Below are positions 31,589-41,260 of a DNA stretch of 64,000 bases, piece after piece. The stretch is taken from contig JAJEAL010000117.1 in the NCBI GenBank assembly GCA_022822785.1, positions 4,747 through 68,746 of the forward strand, given 5' to 3'. Source of the DNA: Candidatus Poribacteria bacterium (GTDB lineage Bacteria; Poribacteria; WGA-4E; PCPOR2b). The notes below the pieces were generated by a model. It saw only the letters and a program-made list of their open reading frames with translations. It searched no databases and was not told the origin of the DNA. A program made the translations under genes and the position numbers. The first letter of the stretch is position 1; each line of letters begins with the position of its first letter.

Positions 31589-32923
31589 ATGCGTATTATC
31601 GGACCCCAACCGCAAATTTCCGTTGATCCCGCCGCAAGGTCTGTGCGTCCTCCTGACGCTTATCTCGATCTGTTGACACAAAATGAGCAGGAGTTTCAGA
31701 AATATGTGCGGCAGGTCGAATCGCAGCAAGCCTTCCAGCGTTTGGTTGACGAAGGTTATGTCCGAAAAACTGTCTTTCAAGGGCGAATTCCACGTCATCT
31801 GTATGAGGAGTTTCAAGACCGTCAGTTTGTGGAGTTTATGCAGGAGTTTGAGATAGAGGCACGCGGCGATTGGCAGCGCGATTTTTTTCGCGAGGATGCG
31901 CGGCGGCGTATCATGGAATTGTCGGTTAAGTATCGCGTACCGCGTGGACGGCTTCTTCACGCGCTTGAATACTGTCGTTACCTCAAGCGATCTTGGGCGG
32001 GATATGAAGATAATCTTGAGTTTCATCTACGCCTCGATGATCCGGAATTCCACGAGCCACCAACAGCGCAAATCCCGCTTGAATCGGCGGAACCGTATGA
32101 AGCACTTGCCAAGTTGACAGAGGCGTACGACATTACGCAGTCGGAGTTTGTCGAATATTTTATGGATGCGGGTGCCGAATCAGAGGATATCGCTGATGAG
32201 TTGGGAATTCCACTAAGCGCGATTCGTGAGATTCGCGATCTTGTAGATCGGGTACAAATTGCGAGCTCGGCGCAGGTTACGGTTATCAGTACACCGTCGT
32301 CGTCAGGTCAACCGTCTCAGGCAGTGGCGACGGTACGGCAACTTAACAACCCGCCCCGCGCGGAAATTTACGTTTCGTCGGAAATTGAGTATAATTCTCG
32401 CTATCAGATCCAGATCCCTAGCGATCAGGAAACCGACAAAGAAACAGGGCATCTCCTCGACCAGCTGCGCCTCATCAATCAGCGCAAAAGCCTTACCTTC
32501 CGTATCGTTATGTTCATCTATGAATATCAGTATCGTTTCTTCGTCAGTGGGGAGGAGCTGCATCTTAAGCCTTTGAGTCAAGCACAACTCTCTAGAGAAT
32601 CTGGCGAGCATGAGTCCACTGTCAGCCGCATTCTACAGGACAAATGTATTGATACGCCCACAGGTATCCTGCCGCTCAAGTTCTTTTGTCAGAGTAAGGG
32701 GGAGGTTGTTCGCCGCTTGATTGCTGTGCGAGAGCGCCAAGAATTGGCATCAGGTAAGCGTAAGAAACCGTACAGCGACGCTGAACTTGCGGATATCCTT
32801 GAACGGGAATACGATACCAAGATTGCCCGACGAACCGTCACCTACTATCGCAATAAATTTCAGGAGACCCCAAAGTTCTATACGCGCCGAAAAAAAATCA
32901 GTCAGAACAGTAAGAGCAGGTAA
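31589..32923 (+). CDS. Divergent sigma-54 (RpoN)-like protein
   Basis: C-terminal sigma-54 DBD: LKPLSQAQLSRESGEHESTVSRI...TPTGILPLKFF, PYSDAELADIL, RpoN box variant IARRTVTYYR; N-terminal half poorly recognisable. Confidence 0.8.
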   Translation: MRIIGPQPQISVDPAARSVRPPDAYLDLLTQNEQEFQKYVRQVESQQAFQRLVDEGYVRKTVFQGRIPRHLYEEFQDRQFVEFMQEFEIEARGDWQRDFFREDARRRIMELSVKYRVPRGRLLHALEYCRYLKRSWAGYEDNLEFHLRLDDPEFHEPPTAQIPLESAEPYEALAKLTEAYDITQSEFVEYFMDAGAESEDIADELGIPLSAIREIRDLVDRVQIASSAQVTVISTPSSSGQPSQAVATVRQLNNPPRAEIYVSSEIEYNSRYQIQIPSDQETDKETGHLLDQLRLINQRKSLTFRIVMFIYEYQYRFFVSGEELHLKPLSQAQLSRESGEHESTVSRILQDKCIDTPTGILPLKFFCQSKGEVVRRLIAVRERQELASGKRKKPYSDAELADILEREYDTKIARRTVTYYRNKFQETPKFYTRRKKISQNSKSR

Positions 32924-32982
32924 CGCGGTTTTGGGGTGCTATTTTGTAAGGATTCAGTTCATCTAAAAGGTTGGGGGAATGG

Positions 32983-33143
32983 CTACGGGGTTTCGGCAAA
33001 AACCTGTGAACTGAACAGATATATCTCTGTCTCTGGGTCCTGCCATGCGCCCTCCGGCAGCTGCGCTTTTTTGCAAACCTGCTGGAGGAATTGGTTCCGG
33101 TTCCAGTTATGCGCTGTTGCAGCTTGGACAGTAGCAATCCGCT
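32983..33143 (-). pseudogene. Frameshifted C-terminal fragment of an AMMECR1-domain (AmmeMemoRadiSam protein A) gene
   Basis: Minus strand reads SGLLL-(frameshift)-QAATAHNWNRNQFLQQVCKKAQLPEGAWQDPETEIYLFSSQVFAETP*, matching the family C-terminus GLLLPQV..E..W....FL...C.KAGL...W. Confidence 0.8.
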
Positions 33144-33286
33144 TTATACAGAACATTGCGGTTCATCTCTCCGTTTTTTAGAGACTTGTCCATTTCTTCA
33201 TTGACACTCACCATCTCGTGTGCTACACTTGAAATCCATAGAAACATGCAGCTGTTCTGTTTATCAATCAGATTGGGGGTAATCGC

Positions 33287-33994
33287 ATGCAAACCGACGC
33301 AATCCAAGAACTCGCTGAAGATGAAATGCCCCTTTTTCCGTTGGAGGTTGTGCTGTTTCCGGGGGGTGTCTTGCCACTTCATATTTTTGAGCAAAGATAT
33401 CGATTAATGATCCAATACTGCTTGGACAATAATCGACTTTTCGGCATCGTCCTCATCAAAAGGGGGGACGAAGTGGGTGAACATGCCGAACCGTATCTCG
33501 TTGGAACTGCGGTCAAAATCCTAGAGGTCGATCGTCTCGAAGATGGCAGGATGAACCTCATAACGCTTGGACAACACCGGTTTGAAATTATGAAAATTCG
33601 GCGGGATCTGCCTTATTTAGTTGGTCAGGTCCGGGCGTTGGAAATAGATGATACAGAAACCTCCGAGGACGCAGAGACGCGTGTTGTTAGAGCCATCCAA
33701 TTATACCGAACTTACGAATCGTTGTTAGCTGATTTGGTTCCCGAATGGAAAACTGTGGACGAAATTCCAACGATACCTGACCATCTATCGTACCAGATTG
33801 CGACACGGCTCCAGATTCCCTTGACAGACAAACAACAGTTGATAGAAACATTGTCTATACATCAGCTTTTGGACAGAGAAATCGAACTGCTTGAACGAGA
33901 AAATAAAAGATTAAAAATAAGCTTACTTGCTCGAAGAAGTTTTGAGAAACATGACACTAACATATCACCGTGGAAAAACGCCTTTCTGAATTAA
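33287..33994 (+). CDS. LON peptidase substrate-binding (N-terminal) domain protein
   Basis: MPLFPLEVVLFPGGVLPLHIFEQRYRLMI; no AAA or protease domain. Confidence 0.92.
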   Translation: MQTDAIQELAEDEMPLFPLEVVLFPGGVLPLHIFEQRYRLMIQYCLDNNRLFGIVLIKRGDEVGEHAEPYLVGTAVKILEVDRLEDGRMNLITLGQHRFEIMKIRRDLPYLVGQVRALEIDDTETSEDAETRVVRAIQLYRTYESLLADLVPEWKTVDEIPTIPDHLSYQIATRLQIPLTDKQQLIETLSIHQLLDREIELLERENKRLKISLLARRSFEKHDTNISPWKNAFLN

Positions 33995-34037
33995 ACGGCG
34001 ATTCTTTTCGTCGCCTCACTTGAAATCGAGGACAACG

Positions 34038-34661
34038 ATGCAACGTCAACTTGCTTCAAATTGCTCTCCTCAAACACCTGGTTCTTTTATTCCAGCCCGA
34101 AATTTTTTCTATGTCAGCAACCTGTTGTCGATAGTACGACTTGGATTGACTCCATTTCTTTTTTACACCATCATTCGTCAATCTCACTTCGCGGCTCTGA
34201 TAATAGGGGCGTTAGCAATCCTAACTGACATGCTTGATGGTTACTTCGCACGCCGTCTGAATCAGCGCACCAATCTGGGTAAGGTTCTGGATCCAATTGC
34301 TGATAAGGCGATAATCAGTGCGGTCATTATCGCTCTCATTTTATCAAATTCAAGTCTCCCGCTGTGGGCTTTTGGCATTGTAATTGTTCGAGATATTTTG
34401 ATTGTGATTGCCAACATCTTTTTGTTCCATCGGACGCAAACGATTGCCCGATCTAACGTATGGGGTAAATGTACTACCTTTTTCCTTGCAACCGCGTTGG
34501 TCCTTTACATTCTAGCGAACAGCGAATTAATTCCTTCATTTGCTCCTTTTTACGTTTTGTGTGTCGGTTTGGTGTTTGCGTTGATTTCAATCTCGAACTA
34601 TGGTTGGCATCTGTTGCGCGTGCTACAGGAGAACAAAACCCAAGCTAAAAAAGCAACGTAA
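34038..34661 (+). CDS. CDP-alcohol phosphatidyltransferase (PgsA-like)
   Basis: NLLSIVR, TDMLDGYFARRLNQRTNLGKVLDPIADK. Confidence 0.92.
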   Translation: MQRQLASNCSPQTPGSFIPARNFFYVSNLLSIVRLGLTPFLFYTIIRQSHFAALIIGALAILTDMLDGYFARRLNQRTNLGKVLDPIADKAIISAVIIALILSNSSLPLWAFGIVIVRDILIVIANIFLFHRTQTIARSNVWGKCTTFFLATALVLYILANSELIPSFAPFYVLCVGLVFALISISNYGWHLLRVLQENKTQAKKAT

Positions 34662-34685
34662 CCGTCAAATCAAAGAACGGAAAAC

Positions 34686-35174
34686 ATGGCAACTCCGCTC
34701 ACCGTAGCCGAAATTACGAATATGATTGGCGTTGAAGAGTCTATCATCCGACAAACGCTTGAACGCCGTGACGAAGATCTCGTCCCTTATTTGCGTGACC
34801 CTGACGCATCTAGAAAAGAAGCGGATGCCAATGTTCCCCGCCCTCAGACGTTGCTTTTAGAACGTGAGGGGCTGCCCTTACTTATCACCAAACTCGCTTT
34901 TAATATTCCGACCTCAGACATTATTGAAAACCTCGCCTGTCAACTGTTGCACCTCACACTTGTTCAAGAACAGAATGCCGATCTAACAAGTAAACACCAA
35001 GAGCTACAGGAACAGAGTGAGCGGTTGCAACACCACATCAAAGAGTTACAGCTGAGGGTTGATTCCCTAGAGAGTGAGCTAGCAGAGCAAATCCAGCTAC
35101 GGGAAAAGGCTGAAGCCGAATCTCGCAAAGGCTTTTGGGGCATCTTCGGACGACGGGCATCCAAAGGTTCCTAG
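34686..35174 (+). CDS. Hypothetical protein with C-terminal coiled coil and amphipathic tail
   Basis: Heptad-rich C-terminal half ending KGFWGIFGRR. Confidence 0.7.
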   Translation: MATPLTVAEITNMIGVEESIIRQTLERRDEDLVPYLRDPDASRKEADANVPRPQTLLLEREGLPLLITKLAFNIPTSDIIENLACQLLHLTLVQEQNADLTSKHQELQEQSERLQHHIKELQLRVDSLESELAEQIQLREKAEAESRKGFWGIFGRRASKGS

Positions 35175-35216
35175 GAGTTTTCTGGCGAGCTACACCCGTT
35201 TCAGAAGAGTCAGCCA

Positions 35217-35810
35217 ATGGGAAAGCAGCGTCGTAATCAGCTACTTGTTATCGGGACACTCATTATCGGTTTAGTACTACTTTATCAACCGTATTCAGTC
35301 CTGCTTCGGGGAGCTGCTTTACTGCTACTGATTATTTCCGCTATCTTATCCGCTCTCTCCTTTTCAGAAAAGCGAATCATCGAAGTTATCGCTGGGTTAG
35401 GACTTATCGCCGGTTTTTCATTTCTCTATCTGCCCGTTCCCGCCGTTTTACACAGCTCTGCTTTTCACCTCCTTGCTGCGGGTGCAATCGCTTTTGGCAT
35501 GACAACAAGCCTAATCAGATTCTCTGAAATTGCAGCAGGAGTTGTCGTGATAGCCGGGCTTGTGTCGCTCTACCAATCCCTTAGCCAACTCTTGCAAAGC
35601 AGCGGATTACACCTTATCTTGACGGGTATAATTGTGCTCGCTATTGTTTCCCCACGAAAACTGCTAATCGAGCGTGTCTCAATCGGCGGAATTGTGCTTG
35701 GATTGGTCTTCCTTTGTCAGCCTTTTGCCATCTTGCTGTATCAAACAGGCTTTCAGGTTCTCCTCGGCGGCTTGACTGGGTTTATTGTTGTTGCACATAG
35801 AGCGGCGTAA
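35217..35810 (+). CDS. Hypothetical multi-pass membrane protein with internal repetition
   Basis: Highly hydrophobic; repeated LYQP/LYLP/LYQS/LCQP units. Confidence 0.7.
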   Translation: MGKQRRNQLLVIGTLIIGLVLLYQPYSVLLRGAALLLLIISAILSALSFSEKRIIEVIAGLGLIAGFSFLYLPVPAVLHSSAFHLLAAGAIAFGMTTSLIRFSEIAAGVVVIAGLVSLYQSLSQLLQSSGLHLILTGIIVLAIVSPRKLLIERVSIGGIVLGLVFLCQPFAILLYQTGFQVLLGGLTGFIVVAHRAA

Positions 35811-35824
35811 TGCTATATCACAGC

Positions 35825-36559
35825 CTAACGGAAACTGCGTTTTATCTGCCCCCAAGTAGCTGTGAGTTTTCTCTGGGGCTGCACGGCAAGGTCATCCCAT
35901 CGAGCTTCAAAGTTGTCGAAGTGAGCGATATTACCGCCCCCAGTCGATAGGTAAATTCTACCCTCATCGTAGCTATTATCAAGGAAATCTAGCATTTTTT
36001 CGCCATCAACAAACATTTGAAACCGATTGCCCTTTGCAATGACCTTCAATCGATACCATGTATCCAATTGAACATTAAAAGGAGAAAATTTGAGAACTTT
36101 TGGTACGATAAGTACGCGTTGTCCTCTTCCCCGACGAGGTAGTAGGTCTCCTACATGCCAAATCACTGCTCCAAGCCCCTTGGTTTTATCTGCGTTTCTA
36201 CCTATCAAGAAGTTATAAGTTAAGTCATATTGAAGTGTTGGGTGCTTATCGTTCTCAAATAAAGCATGCGCGCGCAGCCCAATGAGCGGACCATTGGCAA
36301 CGGCCCCAGCCACTAACTTGCGGATTTTCACAGATACTGTTATCTCATAATCTCTTGCAACCACACCATCAACAGCAATGATAACCGTGGATTTGCGAGA
36401 ACCGAGAACCAATTCACCGTTTTGAATACCTCCATCTTCGGCATCTTGTACAAACGTCCAGCCTTTTAAATCACCATCGTTGAAATCATCACGAAATATC
36501 CCTGCCCATGTTGATGATGCGAATAACGTAAGTATCAGCATAACCATTATGTACTTCAT
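35825..36559 (-). CDS. Secreted concanavalin/DUF1080-like beta-sandwich protein with C-terminal 'AVxPxxKLTATWGxIK' motif
   Basis: Signal peptide; FRDDFNDG, DTWYRLKVIAKGNRFQMFVDG, AHFDNF; tail LAVQPQRKLTATWGQIKR. Confidence 0.8.
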   Translation of the reverse strand: MKYIMVMLILTLFASSTWAGIFRDDFNDGDLKGWTFVQDAEDGGIQNGELVLGSRKSTVIIAVDGVVARDYEITVSVKIRKLVAGAVANGPLIGLRAHALFENDKHPTLQYDLTYNFLIGRNADKTKGLGAVIWHVGDLLPRRGRGQRVLIVPKVLKFSPFNVQLDTWYRLKVIAKGNRFQMFVDGEKMLDFLDNSYDEGRIYLSTGGGNIAHFDNFEARWDDLAVQPQRKLTATWGQIKRSFR

Positions 36560-36664
36560 GTCGCATCACCTGTGTTCAGATAGAGTCAGTTCTATTTGGA
36601 GTTTAGACTTCCAAAGCCTTTGAAATTTCGGAAGCCTAAACGGATATAATCATCGATCTGCTCC

Positions 36665-38200
36665 CTAAGGTGCATACAAATTCCGTGACCGGTACTGGAA
36701 GAAGATCATCCGGCGGTTCTGTTCTCCGGTCCAGGGATATGCTCCGTGGGTTTGGGCGGAGGCGAGGAAAAGGAGCACATCGCCTGCCTTCATCTCTATA
36801 TGCCGTACCATGTCCATCTCGTTATCGCACGTCCGGATTCCGTCAGGCATGGGATAGTGTGTCTTATGACTACCCGGCACACAGACAAAGCCGCCGTCCG
36901 CCAAGGTAACATCGCGCAATTGCCAAGCGACATTGAGGTACTCACTATAGACGCGGCCATTTTGTTGGCGGTAGTGGTTTGCCACCCGTGGTGGGTAGCC
37001 GTTGGCGTGTAGAGCATGTCCGGATGATCCTTTTCCCGACAGGAACCCATTGCACATCATACACTCATACCCGCTGCCCATGATCCAGTTCATGCGTTGA
37101 ATCAGGGCGGGATGAGCGATCATCCTTTGGAACGGCTCGCCATACGGTGCGGGCAGCTGCCACGGGTTACCCATTGACGATCTGCCGACCCCTGTTCCCG
37201 CTAACGGTTTTGAGTCTCCAGCCGCGGAGCCGCCTGTGCTGATTTGGTCGGGGTTGGCGTCAATCGCTTCGTTAGCGGCTGCTAGCCAATCCGCGTCCAT
37301 CACTCCCCGTAAGACGAGGTGACCACACAGATCCCAGTGAAAAAATTCCTTCTCATCAATCCCCGAATCCGGGTCCCGTTTATAGATCGAAGGGTGAAGA
37401 ATACCGGGCTCCGCTGACAGCGAGACTGTCTTACCATCCGAATGCACTACAGGCGGCGGATAGCCTCGATTCGGGTTGTGCAACACGGCGCGCTGCACGG
37501 GGGTTAGTTCCGCGGTCCATTCGGGCATCGTGTCGTCCTCGCCCGTAATTTCAGACGCTGCGGACGGTCGGACGCCGGCGCTGATATAGCCACATTCGAG
37601 CAAGCGTTGTGGTCCTTGTCCTTGCCATGGACGTATCCCCCACATCACGGACTCGGCGCACAACAACAGATCGCCTGCCTGTAAGGTCGGCTGCACGACT
37701 AGTCCCATATCGTCGTCCCCACTCACAAGATCTTGAGGAGCATCAACCGAACTGTTATGGCTCGCTGAAACCACCACCAACCCGCCATCGTCTTCATTTA
37801 CATCCGCTATCGCCCATATCGCTCGCAACCCCTGACAGAACCGGGTTCCACTGTGGTGACGATAAGCTCGGGACCAGTCTTGCCATTCGCTGCCGCCCGA
37901 CAAGGGCACCCTAGCGTCTTCGGAGCCATTGGTGTTCACCTCAAGCAGGTGCGGGGAACGGTCGAGAAGGAAATCTTCGCCGCAGATTGCCTCCACATAT
38001 TGGGTCAGCACGGGGTGGTCGCGCAGGAAGTGCAAACCAGCGCAGGAAGATACGCACGATGGGGATGCAGTGTTTCCTAACTGATCGAGCGCTTCGTTGC
38101 ATGCCTTTAGTTGATCAGGGGTCAGCACGCCGGGGATGATTAGATAACCTGTTACGTCGAAATGATAGTTTTCTTCGTTAGTCATTTCTCTTTTATCCAT
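36665..38200 (-). CDS. Tandem two-domain PhyH family protein
   Basis: Two units beginning YHFDVTGYLII and FHWDLCGHLVL; SASHN / PGSHK; start ATG 38200 with RBS aagga. Confidence 0.85.
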   Translation of the reverse strand: MDKREMTNEENYHFDVTGYLIIPGVLTPDQLKACNEALDQLGNTASPSCVSSCAGLHFLRDHPVLTQYVEAICGEDFLLDRSPHLLEVNTNGSEDARVPLSGGSEWQDWSRAYRHHSGTRFCQGLRAIWAIADVNEDDGGLVVVSASHNSSVDAPQDLVSGDDDMGLVVQPTLQAGDLLLCAESVMWGIRPWQGQGPQRLLECGYISAGVRPSAASEITGEDDTMPEWTAELTPVQRAVLHNPNRGYPPPVVHSDGKTVSLSAEPGILHPSIYKRDPDSGIDEKEFFHWDLCGHLVLRGVMDADWLAAANEAIDANPDQISTGGSAAGDSKPLAGTGVGRSSMGNPWQLPAPYGEPFQRMIAHPALIQRMNWIMGSGYECMMCNGFLSGKGSSGHALHANGYPPRVANHYRQQNGRVYSEYLNVAWQLRDVTLADGGFVCVPGSHKTHYPMPDGIRTCDNEMDMVRHIEMKAGDVLLFLASAQTHGAYPWTGEQNRRMIFFQYRSRNLYAP

Positions 38201-38222
38201 AACGGTTTCCTTTCTTATCTCT

Positions 38223-39017
38223 TTATTTAACGGGTGGTCTACGAGGTGTGATTGGTTGGACAATTGCTCGCCGCTCCGGTGTGAGTCGCGCCAGTAACCC
38301 CTCAGAAGGGACATAGGCAAACCGATGTGCGTACAGCGAGGGGAGATAGCGAAAGATAATCATGCGCCGCTCGCCGGGATTCCTTCGCTCTGCGGAACCG
38401 TGGCACAAACAATCATTGAATAACAGAGCATCGCCAGCGTTCAGATATACCTCCGTAGCGCCTTCAAGCATTTCGCCCGGACCGCTAGAGATACCTGAGT
38501 TTTGGTTTTGCATGGGGTGTGGAAGGTCTGACTTGTGGCTGCCGGGGATTATGACCGTCGGTCCATCGCCCCAAGCCACATCGGTCAAAGGGACCATTAA
38601 GGTCAACAGACAACAACACCATTCGCCTTTACTGCGACCCGTGCGGTTGCGGCTGTCGGGGACATGGCCTCCAGAATGGACGCCGATATATCCACCTTTA
38701 CCACGTATGTTAATGAATCCTTCGTTGATGAATGGTCGATCGCGGGGACCGATATAGTGGCGGACCAGATCAATCCAAGCGGGGTGATCGATGAGTCGTT
38801 CAAAAATCTCTCCGCCTTCGATGATATTTTGCAGGTTCATCCCATCAATTCCGCCATAGGTGTGGACATCTATATTGCCGTACCACTGATCGATTTGCAG
38901 GGGGGGCAGCGCATCAAGAAAATCGTTCATCGCACGGAGGTGATCGGGATCAATTGCCCCCTTGATAACTGTGTAACCGTGTAGATCAAACAGGTATTCT
39001 TCCATCGGAGTTGGCAT
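38223..39017 (-). CDS. PhyH family Fe(II)/2OG oxygenase with HSG iron motif
   Basis: YLFDLHGYTVI, VHSGG, IIPGSHK, AGDALLFNDCLCHG, ERRMIIFRY; RBS aggag. Confidence 0.88.
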   Translation of the reverse strand: MPTPMEEYLFDLHGYTVIKGAIDPDHLRAMNDFLDALPPLQIDQWYGNIDVHTYGGIDGMNLQNIIEGGEIFERLIDHPAWIDLVRHYIGPRDRPFINEGFINIRGKGGYIGVHSGGHVPDSRNRTGRSKGEWCCCLLTLMVPLTDVAWGDGPTVIIPGSHKSDLPHPMQNQNSGISSGPGEMLEGATEVYLNAGDALLFNDCLCHGSAERRNPGERRMIIFRYLPSLYAHRFAYVPSEGLLARLTPERRAIVQPITPRRPPVK

Positions 39018-39202
39018 GTTCTATCTCCTTGACTCGAACAGTGAGCGGAAAGGGATTGAACGTTTCAATGTCTGCCGATATTGTAAATGAACTTTTGGGA
39101 AAAAGCAATAACTGATTTCGCCGGAGGTCCTTCCATTTTACTCGTTGCTTAAAATTTCAATGTGCTATATAATCGGATATCCTGAAGGAGTGAAGAGTTA
39201 TT

Positions 39203-39958
39203 ATGGCCACTAAATCAAGCATTGAATGGACCGAAGCCACTTGGAATCCGGTGACAGGCTGCACAAAGATCAGTCCCGGCTGTAAACATTGTTATGCGGA
39301 AAGAATGTCCTTTCGTCTGAAAGCAATGGGGCAACGGAACTACGTAAACGGATTCGATCTCACACTCCATGAGCGGATGTTAGAAAAACCCCTTTCATGG
39401 AAAAAGCCGCAGTTGATTTTTGTCAATTCAATGAGTGACCTATTTCATGATGAGGTTCCTATAGACTTTATCCTGAAAGTCTTTGGTGTGATGCGGTGTG
39501 CTTCTTGGCATCAGTTCCAGGTTCTGACAAAGCGTTCTCAGCGGTTGCTGGAGTTGAACGATCAAATTGATTGGCCAAATAATGTATGGATGGGCGTCAG
39601 CGTTGAAAACCAAGACTACACCTTCCGCATCGATCATCTGAGAAAAACGGATGCCGTAACCAAATTCCTCTCTCTTGAACCGTTGCTCGGTCCACTTTCA
39701 GGTTTGAATTTGGGGCAAATTGATTGGGTGATTGTTGGCGGCGAGTCGGGACCAGGGGCGAGGCCGATGTACGAAGAATGGGTCATCCAGATTCGGGATC
39801 AATGCAATGCGGCGGAGGTTCCGCTTTTTGTCAAACAGATGGGTGAGTCTTGGGCAAAGATTAAGAAAGTGAAAAGCAAAAAAGGCGGCAATATGGAGGA
39901 ATGGCCAAAAAATTTACAGATACGAGATTATCCCTCATCAATTGTTGCTGCAGGATAG
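39203..39958 (+). CDS. DUF5131 (phage Gp37/Gp68-like) radical-SAM-like protein
   Basis: [45 protein letters not shown]. Confidence 0.93.
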   Translation: MATKSSIEWTEATWNPVTGCTKISPGCKHCYAERMSFRLKAMGQRNYVNGFDLTLHERMLEKPLSWKKPQLIFVNSMSDLFHDEVPIDFILKVFGVMRCASWHQFQVLTKRSQRLLELNDQIDWPNNVWMGVSVENQDYTFRIDHLRKTDAVTKFLSLEPLLGPLSGLNLGQIDWVIVGGESGPGARPMYEEWVIQIRDQCNAAEVPLFVKQMGESWAKIKKVKSKKGGNMEEWPKNLQIRDYPSSIVAAG

Positions 39959-39985
39959 GCGTATAGTGTTTCGAGGAGGTCCGTA

Positions 39986-41044
39986 ATGACACTAAAGGTC
40001 GGTATCATCGGTTGTGGACGTATGGCGAACACCATTGAGGACGAACAGATAGCAAGAAGGGAGCAAGGGAACCACCGGGGCGGCTTGGTGTTACCCTACT
40101 GCCACGCCGGCGGTTATGCGGTCGTTGAGGAGACAGAAATGATTGCCGCGTGCGATATTGTGGAGGAGAAGCGGAAGGCATTTCAAGAACGTTGGAACGT
40201 GCCGCGGGGGTACGCGGATCATCGTGAGTTGATTGATGTGGAGAAACCCGACATCCTCAGTATTACAACCCGCCCAGAGCAGCATGCGGAAGCGATGATT
40301 TACGGGGCGGAGCACGGTGTCAAGGGGATGTATGCTGAGAAACCGCTCTGCTGTTCGCTCCTTGAGGCAGATGCCATCAATGAGGCATTTGAGCGAAACG
40401 GCGTTTTCCTTGAGTTTGGACCGATGCGTCGAAACTGGGCGGTCTATCGACAAGCACACAGCATCGCGCATAGTGGAGAGTTGGGAGCGGTGCGGTCGGT
40501 GATTGGCTTTGCTGGAAACAGCATCGGCGGACACTTTCTCGACACGTTGCTCTATCTGTTGGGTGATCCCGAACCGATTTCTATTCGTGGGACGTTGGGG
40601 GAGCTGCATCCCGACGAAGGGGATACCACCAATATGCGATTTATGCGCGATGCAGCTATCCTATCGGCGTTTGTCGAATTTGATAACGGGACGGCCCTCC
40701 ATGCGGCGGCGACCGGGGCAAGCCGAGAGTATGAACTGGTTTGCGAGGCGGGGATTATCCGAATCCAGAACGATGGCGAGTCCTTGTATGTGCGTAAAGG
40801 CGAGGAACAACAGCGCGCCTACGACCCGATTGACGTCGAGCCGGTAACGCCGTGGAGCGGCACCGAGCGCAAGGTTCGTGAGTTGGTGGAGTCGATAAAA
40901 ACAGGGGTGCCGGGGGTCAGCAATCTGCGCGCAACGATGTTGGGGACGGAGATTGGATTCGGTATTTATGAGTCACATTTACGGGGCGGCGTTGCTGTCC
41001 ATCCACCGGTTCCGACTCGTGAACGTTGGGTATCGAGTTGGTAG
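39986..41044 (+). CDS. Gfo/Idh/MocA family oxidoreductase
   Basis: KVGIIGCGRMA, YAEKPL. Confidence 0.9.
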   Translation: MTLKVGIIGCGRMANTIEDEQIARREQGNHRGGLVLPYCHAGGYAVVEETEMIAACDIVEEKRKAFQERWNVPRGYADHRELIDVEKPDILSITTRPEQHAEAMIYGAEHGVKGMYAEKPLCCSLLEADAINEAFERNGVFLEFGPMRRNWAVYRQAHSIAHSGELGAVRSVIGFAGNSIGGHFLDTLLYLLGDPEPISIRGTLGELHPDEGDTTNMRFMRDAAILSAFVEFDNGTALHAAATGASREYELVCEAGIIRIQNDGESLYVRKGEEQQRAYDPIDVEPVTPWSGTERKVRELVESIKTGVPGVSNLRATMLGTEIGFGIYESHLRGGVAVHPPVPTRERWVSSW

Positions 41045-41260
41045 GGAATCCGATGAATATACCAAATAAAATGAGAGAAACTGCTTAAGCTTCAGTGTAC
41101 AGGCGGCATTGGAGCTCATTGTGAACCACCGCCCGGCTAGGAAACAGTGGATTCTTATGCGGCAGTGGTTAGGTTGAACGACATAATATCAAGGTTGCAG
41201 GATTAGAATCGTTAGGTTTCGTACTTCAATGTGTAGACCGAACTGTGAACATTTAAGGAG

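Noticed and set aside
31529-32026. 165-aa minus-strand ORF
   Set aside because: Antisense shadow of the sigma-54-like gene; no recognisable motifs.
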